DNA of 57,056 nucleotides, filler included, from Jimgerdemannia flammicorona (lineage: Eukaryota): NCBI GenBank assembly GCA_003990765.1. It is 3 parts of 3 records of this genome, joined end to end, with 100 filler letters (N's around TTAATTAATTAA, not from the genome) between each part and the next. Parts side by side here need not be neighbours in the genome. Positions count along the whole stretch, not along the records: positions 1 to 18,954 come from RBNJ01002065.1; positions 19,055 to 38,007 come from RBNJ01002066.1; 1 more part is not named here. One strand, written 5' to 3'. Below are positions 13,286 through 26,045 of this stretch, piece by piece. Positions within the stretch are counted from its first letter, which is position 1; each line of letters starts with the position of its first letter. Both the position numbers and the translations under genes were made by a program. The notes beneath the pieces are model-generated. The model ran no database searches and had not been told where the DNA came from. It was given only the letters and a program-made list of their open reading frames with translations.

Positions 13286-15303
13286 ATGTCATCGAGCAAG
13301 AGTTCTGACGAGCATACTGGGTCAGGGGGTGCTAGGGCTTTTGGCTGGCAGAAGGTGGGGAGGGGGTATGACCTGGGGATGGGGGCCTTTGGAGGGTCGA
13401 AGGTGGGAGAAAGCGCTGGAGGTGGACCGGTGTCTGGGGGATCTGGAGGAAGGCCTGGTCCCTCCAGCTTTGCTGACAAGGTGAAGGCGGGTGGATGGCC
13501 TACTGGAACAAGGGTTGGTGCTGCTGAGGGGAAGGGCAAGGCTAGTGTCAGGAGGGGGAGTGGCCCTCAGGGGGGAGCAGTGAGCATAGGGGCTGGTGGT
13601 GCTGTGGCTGGGGGTGTGACTGTTGATGGAAGTGTGAGGGGGGATCAGGAAAAAAAAAGAGATGTGACGGCTGATGGCAGGGTGGGGCAAGGGTTCCTGA
13701 TGCAGAAGAGGGACCTGGCCAATGGTGTTACGGGGCTGGCAGTGGCACCATTACTCAAGAAGTCGATCTTGGAGTTTGCAGTGACTCTGTGCTTCTGAGG
13801 CTTAGGAGTGACAGTGAGGATGGTCTTGGGGCTTATCTCGAAGCAGGTGGCTGGGGCAGCTTCAGTGAAATTCCTGAAGGGTCTGGAGGGAGTTGAGGTG
13901 GGCTTCGAGAAGGTGGGCCCACTGGAAGAGGCACTGAGGGCAGGAGTGGCAGTTGGAGAGGTAGTGGTCCCCATGGTACGCTGTTTGAGGTGGGACCCCA
14001 GGGTGGTGCAGCTGCTGGTGAAGGGGGTGCCCACAGTGACGAAGGAGGAGATGAGGAGGAGGGTAGAGGAGGTGATGGCGGAGTATAGAGATGTGGTGGA
14101 TATTGGCTTCCAGGTATGGGAGGGGACGACAATCAGGACTGGCAATGTTGATGTCAGGATTCGGCTGGCAGGGAGGGAGGCCACAGGGAAGACCGGTGAC
14201 TGGCCCTCAGTGTTAATGTGGGGGGCCTTTATTTGTAAGGTGTCGAGGGTGAAGGGGAGTGAGGAGGAGGAGGAGGATTTGTTGGAGGCATTGGAGGAGA
14301 TGAGTGGTGTGGTGGAACAGCAGGCAAAGGCCTGGAAGCTCTTTGAGGAGTCGACGTATTTGGAGATTGTGGAGGGGAAGCATATCCACACTGACAAGAG
14401 GCAGTGGGAGCAGGCTCAGGGGCGCTTGAGGCAGAGGGAGCTCTTGGTGAGTATGACAGAAGGGGAGAAGAGAAAGGTAGATGGGGCTGAAGGGTCTGGA
14501 GGCGTCCAAGCCAGTGTATGGGCTAGCGAAGGTGGAAAGGAACAGAAGAATGGGCTGTGAAGGTACTGGGCAGAGATTCCTATACAGATGGTACTTTCGA
14601 GGTCTGGGAGGAGGAGTCAGATAGTACCCCCCCCCCACTTATCAGGAGGGGTCCAGTGGGGTGGAGAGGGGCAGCGGAAGATATACTGATGAAGGGGGCC
14701 CAGTGGGTTACCTTTGGGGTCCCAGATGTGGCAAAAGGGGGCCAGGTGGTGGCTGTTGGTGAGGATGAGCTGGTGGATGTCCCAGAAGAGGAGTGGAATG
14801 AGGATGCCAGTGTGGGTGCAGATACTACAATGCTGGATGCAGGGTGGCCAGGGACCCCTGGAGGGAAGGAGATTGGGAATCTGCTGTGGATGAGCAAGGT
14901 GATGGATAATCTTGCAGCTGAGGTGTTGGGGGAAGTGGATCTGAGGGTCATGCTGGAGGAGCACTGGGCACAGATTCTGCAAGGTGAGGGAGTGGTGGAG
15001 GTGCTGTAGATGGAGATTCTTATGATACTACTGGAGGAAGAGGGTTATGAGGTGGATGAGGTGTGGAAGGCGGAGCTGGTGGTTATTGTGGGTGAGCAGG
15101 TAGCCTACTGTTGGGCAGAACGCCATGGTTTGTAGTTCTGGCAGGAGGCCTGTAGGGAGTATAAGGAGGACTTTGAGGAGAAAGAGGATGGGGCAATGGT
15201 TGAACTTCTAGAGGGATTGGAGGTACAGGGAGTTGAGAAGAAGGAACTGGCTGCAGAACACAACTTGGATTTGGCACAGGGGGACTTGAGTGCAGATTTG
15301 TAG
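13286..15303 (+). pseudogene. LINE ORF1 (RRM-like core, long acidic C-terminus), with stops and one frameshift
   Basis: ORF-track pieces 13247-13798, 13808-14560 and 14557-15009. RRM-like VVQLLVKGVP..EYRDVVDIGFQVWEGTTIRTGNVDVRI. Copy 1 reads through the 14557 junction in frame. Confidence 0.75.
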
Positions 15304-15334
15304 AGGAGAGGTTTAATCTTTAACAATATTCCTC

Positions 15335-18300
15335 ATGAACAGTACAACTAACATTTTCTCTCTCAATGTGAATGGTCTTCGAGGATCTGTACGGTATAAG
15401 AACATTTTTACTTGGCTAAAGGAATTGGAGGCTGATCTCTTTTTACTGCAGGATGTACAGTATGAGGATGAGGATGATCAGGTGGAATGGACTAGGGAAT
15501 GGGGTGGGGCTATTGCATGGTTTGGAAAGGTGGCGATTCTGTTAAAGAAGGGTAGAGGAGATTTGGAGGGGATCAAGAACTGGGGAGATCGACTGGTCTA
15601 GAGTGAATGGTACCAGCCAGGGTGGGAATCAGTGAGGGTGGGCTCATGCTACTGCCCGGCGGCTAGGGGAGAGAGGATTGCATGGATTAAGGAACTACTG
15701 GAGGAGGGTGTTCTCTTGGAGGAAGGGGTTGATGTTCTTGGTGGTAATTTTAACATGGTTCGAGATTTGCAGTTGGATAGGACTGATGGAGGAAGAAATG
15801 CTGGTGGGAGGAGTGGCAGTCTGGATGCATGGGAGGAGGTGAAGAACCTTAGCTCCTTAGGGGATATGGGCCAAACATGGTGGAGTGACACCAGGGTCTA
15901 CATGCACTGGGTGAATGGCCTAGGGACAAGGATTGACTGGATTCTGACAGCTGAATGTTGGGGTGCTGATGTCTGGAAGACTTTGGAGGTGGTGTGGTGC
16001 CCATGGTCTGATCACTGGGAACTGATTGGGCAGGGGCGGTTTGGGGGGAGTGGAGATGGACCTGGACATTGGTGTCTTAACTCCTCCCTGCTGGCCGAGA
16101 AGGGGTTGTGGGACTCATGGGTAGAGGACATATAGGCAAAGATTCCGTTTTGGAGGCAGGAGGGTTTATCTGTAGGTGTCTGTTGGATGAGATTGAAGGA
16201 GGCTGCGAGGGTTTATTGGGGAGGAGCTGGTAGGGAGGCAGGGAGAAGGAGGAGGCGAATACAGTCTGCCTCCAATAGGCTGAGGAGATTGCAGTTGGAG
16301 TGGGCAGATTTGCTTGCATCTGATGAGATGGAGGATTGGAGGTTAGTGAGAGCAAAATTGGAGGTTGTAGAACTGCATCAGGTGTTGTGAGAGGAGGAGG
16401 AGACTCATATATGAGGTATGGCAGCCAGGCTTAGATGGCAGGGGCTTGAGGAGGGGGAGCAGCCTACTAGGTACTTGTCTAGGCTCCTCAAAGCCAGGCA
16501 GGTGAGGCATAGGTGGGATGGGATCTTGGATGCTGAGGGAGAGTTGGTGCATGGCATGCAGCAGATCCTGGGAGTATTGAAGGAGAATTGGCAGGGTCTG
16601 TGGAGTGAGGAAGAAGGGGGTGCTGATGCAGAGGTGATTGGTGACACACTGGAAGAGTGGGAGCCGCCACAGATAGAGGGGCTGGGTGACTTGACCTTAC
16701 CTGTCCAGGAGGAGGAGATACAAGGTGTCCTGGTAGCAACTAAGCTTGGGATGGTGCCAGGAGAGGATGGGTTACCATGGGACTTCTGGAAGAAGATGGT
16801 GGAAGTCCCAGGGATGCTGGGTGAGATGGTGGCCCTCTGTGACCATGTTCTTCTGAATGGCATGTGGGTTGGTGAGCAGGACTTGGGGCTGGTTGCCCTA
16901 TTGTACAAAGATAAGAGCCGGTGTGAGGATTGGAAGAACTGGAGGCCAATCATGCTGCTGGATATAGATCAGAAGTTGGTAACTAAGGTGATTGTTGCAA
17001 GGCTACAGAAGGTTGCTCAACAGGTGCTGGGAGAGGAGCAGCAGGGCTTTGTAGGTGGTATACTTATCAGAGATGGAACTGCCTGAGTGCATGGCATTAT
17101 TGAAGGAGCCCGGGCCTGTGGACTGGATGGGAGACTGGTTTTTTTGGATCAAGAGAAGGCCTATGACCGTGTTCAGCAGGTTTGGTTGGGCAAGGTACTG
17201 GACAGAATTGGCATTCCGCCACAGTTTTGGGCCTCTATGTTGAGTTTGTTGGAAGGGAGTTGAGCAGTGCTGATGTGTAATGGTTACAGGGGTTTGGCGT
17301 TCCCCTTGGAGAGAGGAGTCCCTCAGGGGCCCTATCCTTTATGCACTCTCCTTGGAACCTTTGATGGACAGGATCTATAAGAGGGTGACTGGGCTCTCTG
17401 TATATGACATGGAGTGGAAGGTGGGGGCCTTTGCAGATGACATGGTAGTTGGACTTGGATCAGTAGTGGATGTAGAGGCTCTTCAGGAAACAGTGGAGTG
17501 GTATGAGGCATACTCTGGAGCAAAGCTCAACTGGCATAAGTGTGAGACAATGGTGCTGAGGAATGGGCTAGTGGCTGGGGATGTCATTGGAACAATTGTC
17601 CCCACAGGAGAGGTGGTGCGGTACCTTGGTATCTTCCTCTCTGTATATGGATCAGTCCTACCACAGATATGGTGGGAGAGGAGGGTGGCCATTTGGGGAG
17701 AGGCTCTAAAAGGCTGGGGGGGTCGTCACATCTCCCTGGCAGAGAGGGTAGCAATTCTGAATGTATACTGGTTCTCCAAGCTGTGGTATGTGGCATATCA
17801 CTTAGACTTTCCTGCTTGGGTGGTGAAGAGGCTGATGAAACTGGCTAGGGATTGGATCTGGGCTGGTAGAAGGGCCCAGATCTGTTGGGATACCCTTGTC
17901 AAGCCAGTGCTTAGGGGAGGCCTGGGCCTTGTGGATTTCCCTAAGCATTTATACTGCCTGCGAGCTTGGTGGTTGTGGAGGGCTGTTGATCTACAGGGTG
18001 GAGGTTGGGTGCCATTGATGAAGAAGGTGTGGGAGATGAGAGTCTCCCCCTGGGGGTCCACAGGGGATCTACTCTCTTTGGTGGGTCTGAATGGAAGCCG
18101 ACAGCTATGGTATAAGGGCTTCTGGTGGGGAGTGGTTGATGGGGCACACCAGATAGGCCTGCACTGGCGTGGAAATGAGGGGGAGGAGGTATGGGGTCCA
18201 GCTATGTGGCGATGGGACTGTCTGCTTCTAGGAGGAGTTCCACTAGCTGAGTTTGACATTGGAGATGGAGTAGAGTGTCAGCAGCGAATTGGCCAGGATC

Positions 18301-18938
18301 TTTGGCCAAGTAGCTGGCAGGCAGTGAGGATTGGTGAAGAGTGGGATTGGGCAGAGATCTGGTCTTGGAGTATGGAGGTCCGGCGGTGGCTTCCTCTCAA
18401 GTTCTGGGTAGTGTGGTGGCGAATGTTGCAGAGGAATGTTATGTTGAACTTCCGTGCTGGGCATCTGGTGGATGGGGGTCAGCTGGATTGTGAGGAGTGT
18501 TATAATGTTGGGCAAGTTGGGGGTTTTGTGCAGACGCCAGAACATTGGCTGGGGGAGTGTGAGGTTCTGGGTGACTTTTGGATAGCTGTAGGGGACTGCC
18601 TTGAGGTTGAAAGGAGACTAGATGGGGAGAGAGGTCGCTGGGAAGATCTGAAATCTAGACTTGTAGGAGGTGTCGGCAATAGGTGGCTTACTGTAGGATG
18701 GGTTGTGGCAGTGTGGGTGGGGTTGGCTGAACATTGGCTCTTTGTTTTTGAGGAGGGGCAACAGATAGAGATATGGGAAAAGTTATTGAGATGGAAGGAG
18801 TTGGTGGCAGATTTGCTGACAGGGTGGTGGATTGGGTGGGGACCACAAGGTGGGCAACGTTGTCATCTGGTGGAAGGGATCTGTGAGCAGAGTGGTGGGT
18901 GGGTGGCAATGGTGTTTGATAAAGTGGTCTTTCATTGA
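15335..18938 (+). pseudogene. LINE ORF2: AP endonuclease, reverse transcriptase, C-terminal CCHC; several stops/frameshifts
   Basis: APE: SLNVNGLRG, LLQD, GGNFN, TRIDWIL, WSDH. RT: PGEDGLP, NWRPIMLL, LDQEKAYD, FADD, YLGI. Zinc motif: CEEC..TPEHWLGEC. Confidence 0.92.
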
Positions 18939-18954
18939 GGAGGGGTGGGAGGGG

Positions 18955-19054
18955 NNNNNNNNNNNNNNNNNNNNNNNNNNNNNNNNNNNNNNNNNNNNTT
19001 AATTAATTAANNNNNNNNNNNNNNNNNNNNNNNNNNNNNNNNNNNNNNNNNNNN
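18955..19054. other. Assembly spacer (N run with central TTAATTAATTAA)
   Basis: 100 nt of Ns around an all-frame stop linker; same design at 38008-38107. Confidence 0.95.
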
Positions 19055-19751
19055 AGGTTGGCGCGGAGGAGGTCGGCCCAGAGGAGGATATGGAGGAGGA
19101 GGATATAGAGGAAAGCGGTTCGGAATATATGGAGGAAGATGGTTCGGAATATGAGAAGGAGGAGGATCAGTTGGTTTATAGTGATGAAGAGGAGGATCAG
19201 TTGGTTTATAGCGATGAAGAGTAAGATCTGTTCACACCGGTAAGTTCTTTATTTTCCTGATTTACTTCCTATTTATTTCCGATTTCATTTTGATTTCTGA
19301 TTCCTAATTATGTTTCTGTTTGTTTATTCTAAATATATATCTTAGATGTGCAATATATTTTTTTTGGTGCCTTGTAGCTTAAAGGCGGATTAAAGACGGG
19401 TCTTTGTCGGGTTAAATACGGGTCAGGGTCGGGTCACGTATATTTCTCGGGTCGGGTCACATATATTTCTTGGGTCAGGTCACGTATATTTCTCGGGTTG
19501 GGTTAAAGACGGGTTACGTATAATTCCAGGTCGGGTTAAAGATGGGTGACGTATGTTTCCAGGTCGAGTTAAAGATGGGTGACGTAAAATTCCAGGTCGG
19601 GTTAAAGATGGGTGACATATTATTCTGGGTCGGGTTAAAGACAGGTGACGTATTATTCCAGGTCGGGTTAAAGACAGGTGACGTCTAATTCCGGGTTGGC
19701 TGTTTTACGGGTCAGGTTTCGGGTTAATCGGGTCGGGTTTGCGGAGCACTA
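19055..19751 (+). mobile_element. Right end of a hAT DNA transposon inserted in the copia integrase
   Basis: Ends GGAGCACTA, the same TIR end as the MITEs with 8-bp TSDs. Dense subterminal CGGGT(C/T) and ~33-bp repeats at 19400-19740. An acidic ORF tail (..EEDQLVYSDEEEDQLVYSDEE*) at 19055-19224 may be a transposase C-terminus. Confidence 0.75.
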
Positions 19752-22530
19752 GTCTTCAGTGTCGTTCCGGGTGTAGATGTTGTTTCGCTAGCCTTTGTAG
19801 TTGGTATAGATGTCACTGACTATACTGTTGAATTCACCATCAGATTCACTGTCGGATTTGAGATAGGAATTTCCACATAAATTTCCTGCTTAGTCTCCTT
19901 GAACTGTATGTCGCATGAAATAATCATATGTCATTTCTGCAGGTTCCAAAGTCTGTATCCTGCTCCATCGTATCCAAGGAATATATGCTTATCTGCTTTA
20001 GGTTTGAACTTGCCTTGGTTGCTACCTTTGTCCAGAACATATGTCTCACTTCCGAATATGCATAAGTGTGAAATGTCAGGCTTGGATCCATTCCATAATT
20101 CCTCAGGGGTAAGATTGCTATTGTTCCTGGATTGCTTGCCGGGATCCTTGCTTAGAGCTCGAGAGAAACAATGATTTCAAATATATGTCACTATATTCAC
20201 TGCTTCCGCCCAAAAGGACTTCGGTAAGCTGGCCATATTCATCATCATTCTAGCCATTTCCACTACTGTTCAATTGAATTGTTCCACTACACCATTTTGC
20301 TGAGGTATATAAGGGGCTGTTATAGAGTGCTATATACCGTTCTTCTTCAAGAAGTGTCTGAAACCTTTGTTGACATATTCTTTACCATTATCTGAGTGTA
20401 GGGTTCATATTCTATGTCCCGTCTCATTCTCCACAACTGCCTTGAATTCTCGGATTTGTCGAATACCTCGTTTTTCCTCACAATGAGATATACATGGACT
20501 TTGTGTATATAATCATCAATGAATATAATAAAATACTTCTTCCCGGAGTATGATGCCATTCGCATGGGGCCACAAATATCTGTATGAATCAAATCGAGAA
20601 TGCTGGCCGCTCGCTTCATTCATTTCTGAAAAGGTTGGTGGGAAGTCTTGTTTGCTGTACATCCATTGCAAAAGAAATCCGGTGGTATATAGTCTGGTAA
20701 ACCATACATGGACTTGCTCCTTACCATCCATTCGAGACTCGTTTTACCGATATGTCCTAAGCATTCATGCATTATACGCCAGAAATCCTCTCCTGTCATT
20801 GTTGCAGAATATGCAGATATAGTACCACTCAGCATGCCATTGATTGTATATAGATTCCCCTTTTTCGATTTGTACATTAACTCCTTATTGTTCTTCAGAT
20901 TGATTACCGTTATACTATTCAGGTGTATATTTACTCCTCTGTCTCCATGAGCCATCATCTGGCCTATTGAGAAGAGGTTCTTGCCTATATCTGGAGTATA
21001 TAGTATGTCCACAAAGGTACCTGAAGGTTCATCAACGTTTCTATATAGATGTATGCCTACATTGCCTTTCCCTTGAGTATAAATGACATTGTTGTCACCT
21101 AGCTTGATAGGTATGGGATGCTCGAACTTCTCATACATAGAGAACCACTCCTGGTGAGCCATCATATGCTGTGTTGCACCCAAATCCATGAGCCAGATCT
21201 CTTCGCTGTATGCATAAGCGCTGTTCGGCATATAGCTTACATTTGCACTAGTGCCGATATTGACATCACCATTTTTCGCTGTCTGAAAAGTGTTTCCTTT
21301 ATCAGGATTTGTAGATATCAAATTGCTGCCGCATTTGCAACTGGCATTGTTTTTCGAATTATCTCCTGCTTCTGTATATGGGTAGGTTGCCACTTCTGCA
21401 AAGAATAGACCTCCCCCGTTGCCGCTGCTGTCATTATTGGTATCCATCATATTTGCCTGCCATTGTCCACCTTTCTCCTTTTTCTTGCGGTTGCAGTCCT
21501 TTTCATGATGTCCGAGCTTGTCACAATAGAAGTATTTCTTAGTGAATTTTTGACCGTTGCATTGCTGGCTCTTGCCTCAGCCTTTAATTGACTTGTCTTT
21601 GCCATTGCCTTGTCCACATGCTCCGCCATAAAAGGCTTTTTCCTCACCATCATTGTCTTTATTGGCGTTCAGCCTCATTTCCTTGTTTAATAGGCTTGTG
21701 ACAATGTGCTTGTAATCCGTTAATTTGCTAGACTCTCTCATAGCTGCAACAATAACGTTGTACACCTCCGGAAGACCTCGTGTAAGGGTCAGGACCTTGT
21801 CTTTGTCCCTAATAGTGTCCTCTAGCATAGTTGTAAGGAAATTCACTTGATTTGCTAGCTCATTGACTCAGTTGGCATATTTCTGGATGTTCTCTGTCAA
21901 CTTCATTCGAAGATTGAATAATTGCGCCTTCAAGTGGAATCTGTTTAAAGCAGATGCTTGTTGGTGGTAATTCTGCAAGATATCCCAGGCTTCATTCACC
22001 ATTGTAGCATTGATTATGAGCTTCATTTGCACATTCAAAAGGATAAACATAATCTCCCTTAGCACCTTATGATCGTTAGTAGCGTAATACCCTGTAATCT
22101 GTGCCTATGGCTTCCAATAGTCCTCCAAACTACATTCTTTAAGGAGATTCTTCATATGATATGCCCATATGGTGTAATCTGTGCTGTCAAAGACAGGAAT
22201 CGTCCTTTTTACTGTGTTTGTAGTTGTAGGTACTACTGTCATTGTTGTCATCGTCATTGTAATGGGGGCTGCTGTACCCATACCAGTACCCAAGTCTGTG
22301 TTACCACTGGGGCTTGGCGTACTGCTAGCACTGCTTGTATTCATATATAGTATAGTATAGCATATGTGTTAGAGGGTGTATTATAGCCGCTAAGCAGGGC
22401 TCATAACCTGTTGTGGAATGTGGACTTTGGAGAGAGAAGCAAACTGTTTATTGCTAATTCTTACATGCTTTTATGCATTGTAATTAGTGACATTTACATG
22501 ATGACGTAGTCAAGGAAGGCTGCACCACCA
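19752..22530 (-). mobile_element. Ty1/copia element (5' LTR-gag-PR-integrase), truncated
   Basis: Gag IPVFDSTDYTIWAYHMKNLL, zinc knuckle YCDKLGHHEKDC, protease WLMDLGATQHM, HECLGH..CNGC, integrase LDLIHTDICGPM. LTR ~22409-22530; its outer boundary is uncertain. Confidence 0.92.
22396..22408 (-). promoter_or_regulatory. Primer-binding site GGTTATGAGCCCT (tRNA-iMet anticodon stem-loop, half-tRNA priming)
   Basis: Directly follows the LTR end ..CAACA on the minus strand; same PBS type as yeast Ty5 and Drosophila copia. Confidence 0.85.
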
Positions 22531-23168
22531 TATATCGAGTTATAACCTATATATTTTAATATTAATATATATAGTAGTTCTATGTTTCTTAAAACTATTA
22601 ATACTACTGTTAGCTATAGTAGATCATTATATTATAATAAGATAATATAATTTAATATATGAAATATATATAATAACTTGGTCTATTCTGTTATATATAA
22701 ACTAGGTTCTATCTATCAATATTATCAAACACTAATATATAATGATAGTAATACTAATAAAAAGATATATATAGTTCTCATCAAACTTACTAAACTTTTT
22801 ATAAGCTGAGAGAATATTTTGAAATAGATGAAATTGATACTCCTTAATAATAGTTTATATTCTGATTCTCAAAAATATTAGTGAAATGAAAAAAACTGAA
22901 CTCATGTTAAAATATTATAAACTATACTATAAACTCTATTTTTATATATTCTGGCTTTGAGTCAATAATAGTAAGATAACTTTGGATAAGTTCTAATAGT
23001 CAGTAAAGAAACTTGGATTATATAAAGATACTAAAAATTCTAATAGTAAGATAATAGAGATAGTCTATAAATAGCTCAAATTAAGGATTGAATAACTGTT
23101 ACTTTTTAATAAAATAGATTATATTGAAGATATATACTCTTATATTCTATCAACTAGTAAGATATAAT
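22531..23168. other. Unclassified, extremely AT-rich repeat relic
   Basis: TpA-rich and nearly CpG-free like the oldest TEs here; no motif recognised. Confidence 0.4.
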
Positions 23169-24888
23169 TGTAACAACTTGCAATTATGTCCTATCTACTT
23201 AGAGAACTATAAAACAATTAGAGAATAGATATTTATTTATAGTATCTAAATCTGATTCCTGATATAGTATAGTATATAGTTTAATAGTTACTTGATCTCT
23301 CAGTTGTACAATTTGTACAGCTATATAAAACTTATAATTATATAAATTATATAGATATATAAATCTCTTAACTATATAAAATGACTTATAGAAAAAGAAG
23401 TCTTAACTTAGCTATTATATAGCTAAAAAACTTATATAAATATCTCTAGTATCTAGAGTAAATAAACCTTAGATCAAAATAGTATAAGGAAAGAAATAAG
23501 GAACTAGTAAACCTATAGACAGATATACTTTGAACTTACCTACCTCTATATCTGAGAACTCTGAAGAGTTAAAGGAGATTAAGTATTTAAGATAAAGAAA
23601 TCTGCTACACTTTTATTAATATATATTTATTACATTATAACTTAGTACTTGTTGACAGATAATTTAAGATAAATCTCTCACTTTTAAGCTAGATAATGAA
23701 CAACTACTATCTTCTAAACATATACTCAAATTGAACCAAGATATCTAGATAGATAGATATGAGACCACTAGTATTCTATAGATCTCTGATAAACTAATTA
23801 TCACTTTTCTTGATAATTTTGAGCAATATACTACTGTAAGAACTCTGATAGTAGAACAGTAAGTAACTCTTATACTATTCAGTCTCTGAGGACTATATAG
23901 TAAGAGCTGTATTTACAACTGTGAATTATATAAAAAATAATAATATTATAATACTAATGATAAAAAAGAGCTAACTGTAAGCTATCTATTATATAGATGA
24001 AATCAAAAAGACTCTGAAGGACCAACTTAATACTATATACTAAGAAATAACTAAAGACTTAAACACCTTCTGCACCTAAATCCTCTATTAGATAATTCTG
24101 ACTAATTATACTAATATTATCAGAGATCAAGTAGCTGAAGTAATCTTTATAAAGAAAATTCACTCAGAGATAGCTATAGTAATCTGATCAATACTACTAG
24201 TTTATAAAAGTAACTTATACTCAGTAATATTAGATAGTCAGACACCCTCAAGACTACAAAATAAAGAGAGTCACTAGAGTCAGAGTTGAAGCACCTAAGA
24301 TAATTAGTATAATCTCAATAACTATAATTAATTCAAATACATTTCAGCTAAGACTATAAAGTAGTAGAGAAACAGTAATTCTATAGAGAACTTACTAAGA
24401 AGTTTATCAAAATAACTGAACATCTGAAAGATATAGTGAAGGAAATTAGAAGAAAAAACTATTACCTAGATTAAAAGTTTGCTGCCATTATAGATAAGTA
24501 GAGAGAAACCTACTACACTTGTACACTACTCTTATAAATACATGAGTAAGACTAAGTATAAGGCCCAGCCAAGCAATGCTATTAGTAATTATAAATAGAT
24601 CAATATTTTCAAACAAAGCTAAGACTATAATTAATATAAATTTTCAGAAGATGCAGATTGTCTACTAAGTAAAAAGATGTGAATTTCAATTAATGTCAAT
24701 AAAAGAGTACTCTCTGAAATAGAGAAAAATATCAGCAGGCAAGAAGAGGTCTATATAGTGATTACTCAGAAGAAGAAGAAGAAGATAAGATAGATTAGAA
24801 AAGAAGATTAAAGTAAGAAGATTGCTGAAAGATATATACCATAAGGAGTCTGTCTCTATAGAATTCAGATATACTATATGAAGTATAT

Positions 24889-26045
24889 TATCTAAAAACT
24901 TAGCCAGATGATGCAAACATTAGCACAGCATAGTAACCAGCAACTATTGCTGTAGAAAATGTATAAATAACCCAGATAGCTAAAGAAGGGAAAAACCCTG
25001 ACAGTGGCTGTCACTCTGATAGTAGCTATTATTCTGATAGTGGCTGTCACCCTGACAGCAAATGCCACCACATAAATAGCATTTTATAGTTAGCCAGAGA
25101 GCAACCAGATAATAACCACAATATATAAAATACCCCAGAGATAAGAGTGAATAAACCTCAGTTCTGAAATACAAAGCAAAAGACAAGTCTGCCTACTATA
25201 CTTTGAGAGATATGTCTGCTAAAAGTCACTTGATTCAGGAAGGATTGCAATACTTAGAAGAAATGCCTGCTCTACAGCCACTACCAGGAGATTGTGAGCT
25301 TTGCCCCTTTCCCACTCCTGTCCACTTTCTGTTACAAAGAATGAGTCTGTTTTGGTTCGCTTGCCAGATAAGCCCAAAGAATCTGAGTTTGCTGCCCAAG
25401 TTCAAAGAAGAACTTTGCAGTCTTTTGAGTAATCCACTGCTTGAGAAATAAGCTGCCATTTTTAAGTAATCTGCTAGTTTAAATCTGCTGCTCACAAAAG
25501 CCAGTCTATCAGATGCAACTTCACAGTGAATCCATTTGCACAAATAAAGCCAGTCCTTGATATAACTTTGCCAGCCACCATTTAAGAAAGTCTACCACGT
25601 TTTGTCTGCCAATCTACATTATTCTATATCCTGTCCACCAATCTGCCACATTCCGCTGCACCACAACCCATACCATTCAAGTAAACCATACTTAAGAAAC
25701 CCACTACATTTAGTTCACTGTCAGAAAAGGAATCCAATTGCTATCACACCAGTAACCTAATCCCCAGAAGAACCAGCACTTATAAGAAAACCAGCTAAAT
25801 TTGCCATATACAAGATCACCATATCATGCAAATTAGTTTGCTGCCTAAGAAGGAAACCCATTCATACACAAAAGACAAACAATCCAAGAACACCAAATTA
25901 GGAAGTTACATACAAGAATTCTTCAGTTTGAATATATACAATATCTGAACATTTTGTTGCTTTTGATAAAGTAACTGTGGGCTCAAGCCAATCTATACAG
26001 CTGCCCAACCTTGAAATTTGCCTCTATTGAGCCAGGCATATTACA
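24889..26045 (+). repeat. Element B 5' LTR
   Basis: Direct repeat of 32519-33657; ends ..ATTACA. Confidence 0.9.

Larger units (their letters stand above)
13219..18954 (+). mobile_element. L1/Tx1-type LINE copy 2, near full length; 3' end runs into the gap
   Basis: 5' end ATTCACGTTACACAA shared with copy 1, followed by ORF1, ORF2 (APE-RT-CCHC) and a G-rich 3' UTR start. Confidence 0.93.

Noticed and set aside
14557..15303. Apparent third ORF between LINE ORF1 and ORF2
   Set aside because: Copy 1 reads in frame across this junction (SIWTSKDEE..NNPYVDGTFEV), so it is a frameshifted ORF1 C-terminus.
18999..19010. TTAATTAATTAA palindrome inside N runs (also 38052-38063)
   Set aside because: Artificial all-frame stop linker used in scaffolding; not biological.
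19400..19740. ~33-bp repeat array as CRISPR or iterons
   Set aside because: No spacers; it ends at a hAT TIR, so these are subterminal repeats.
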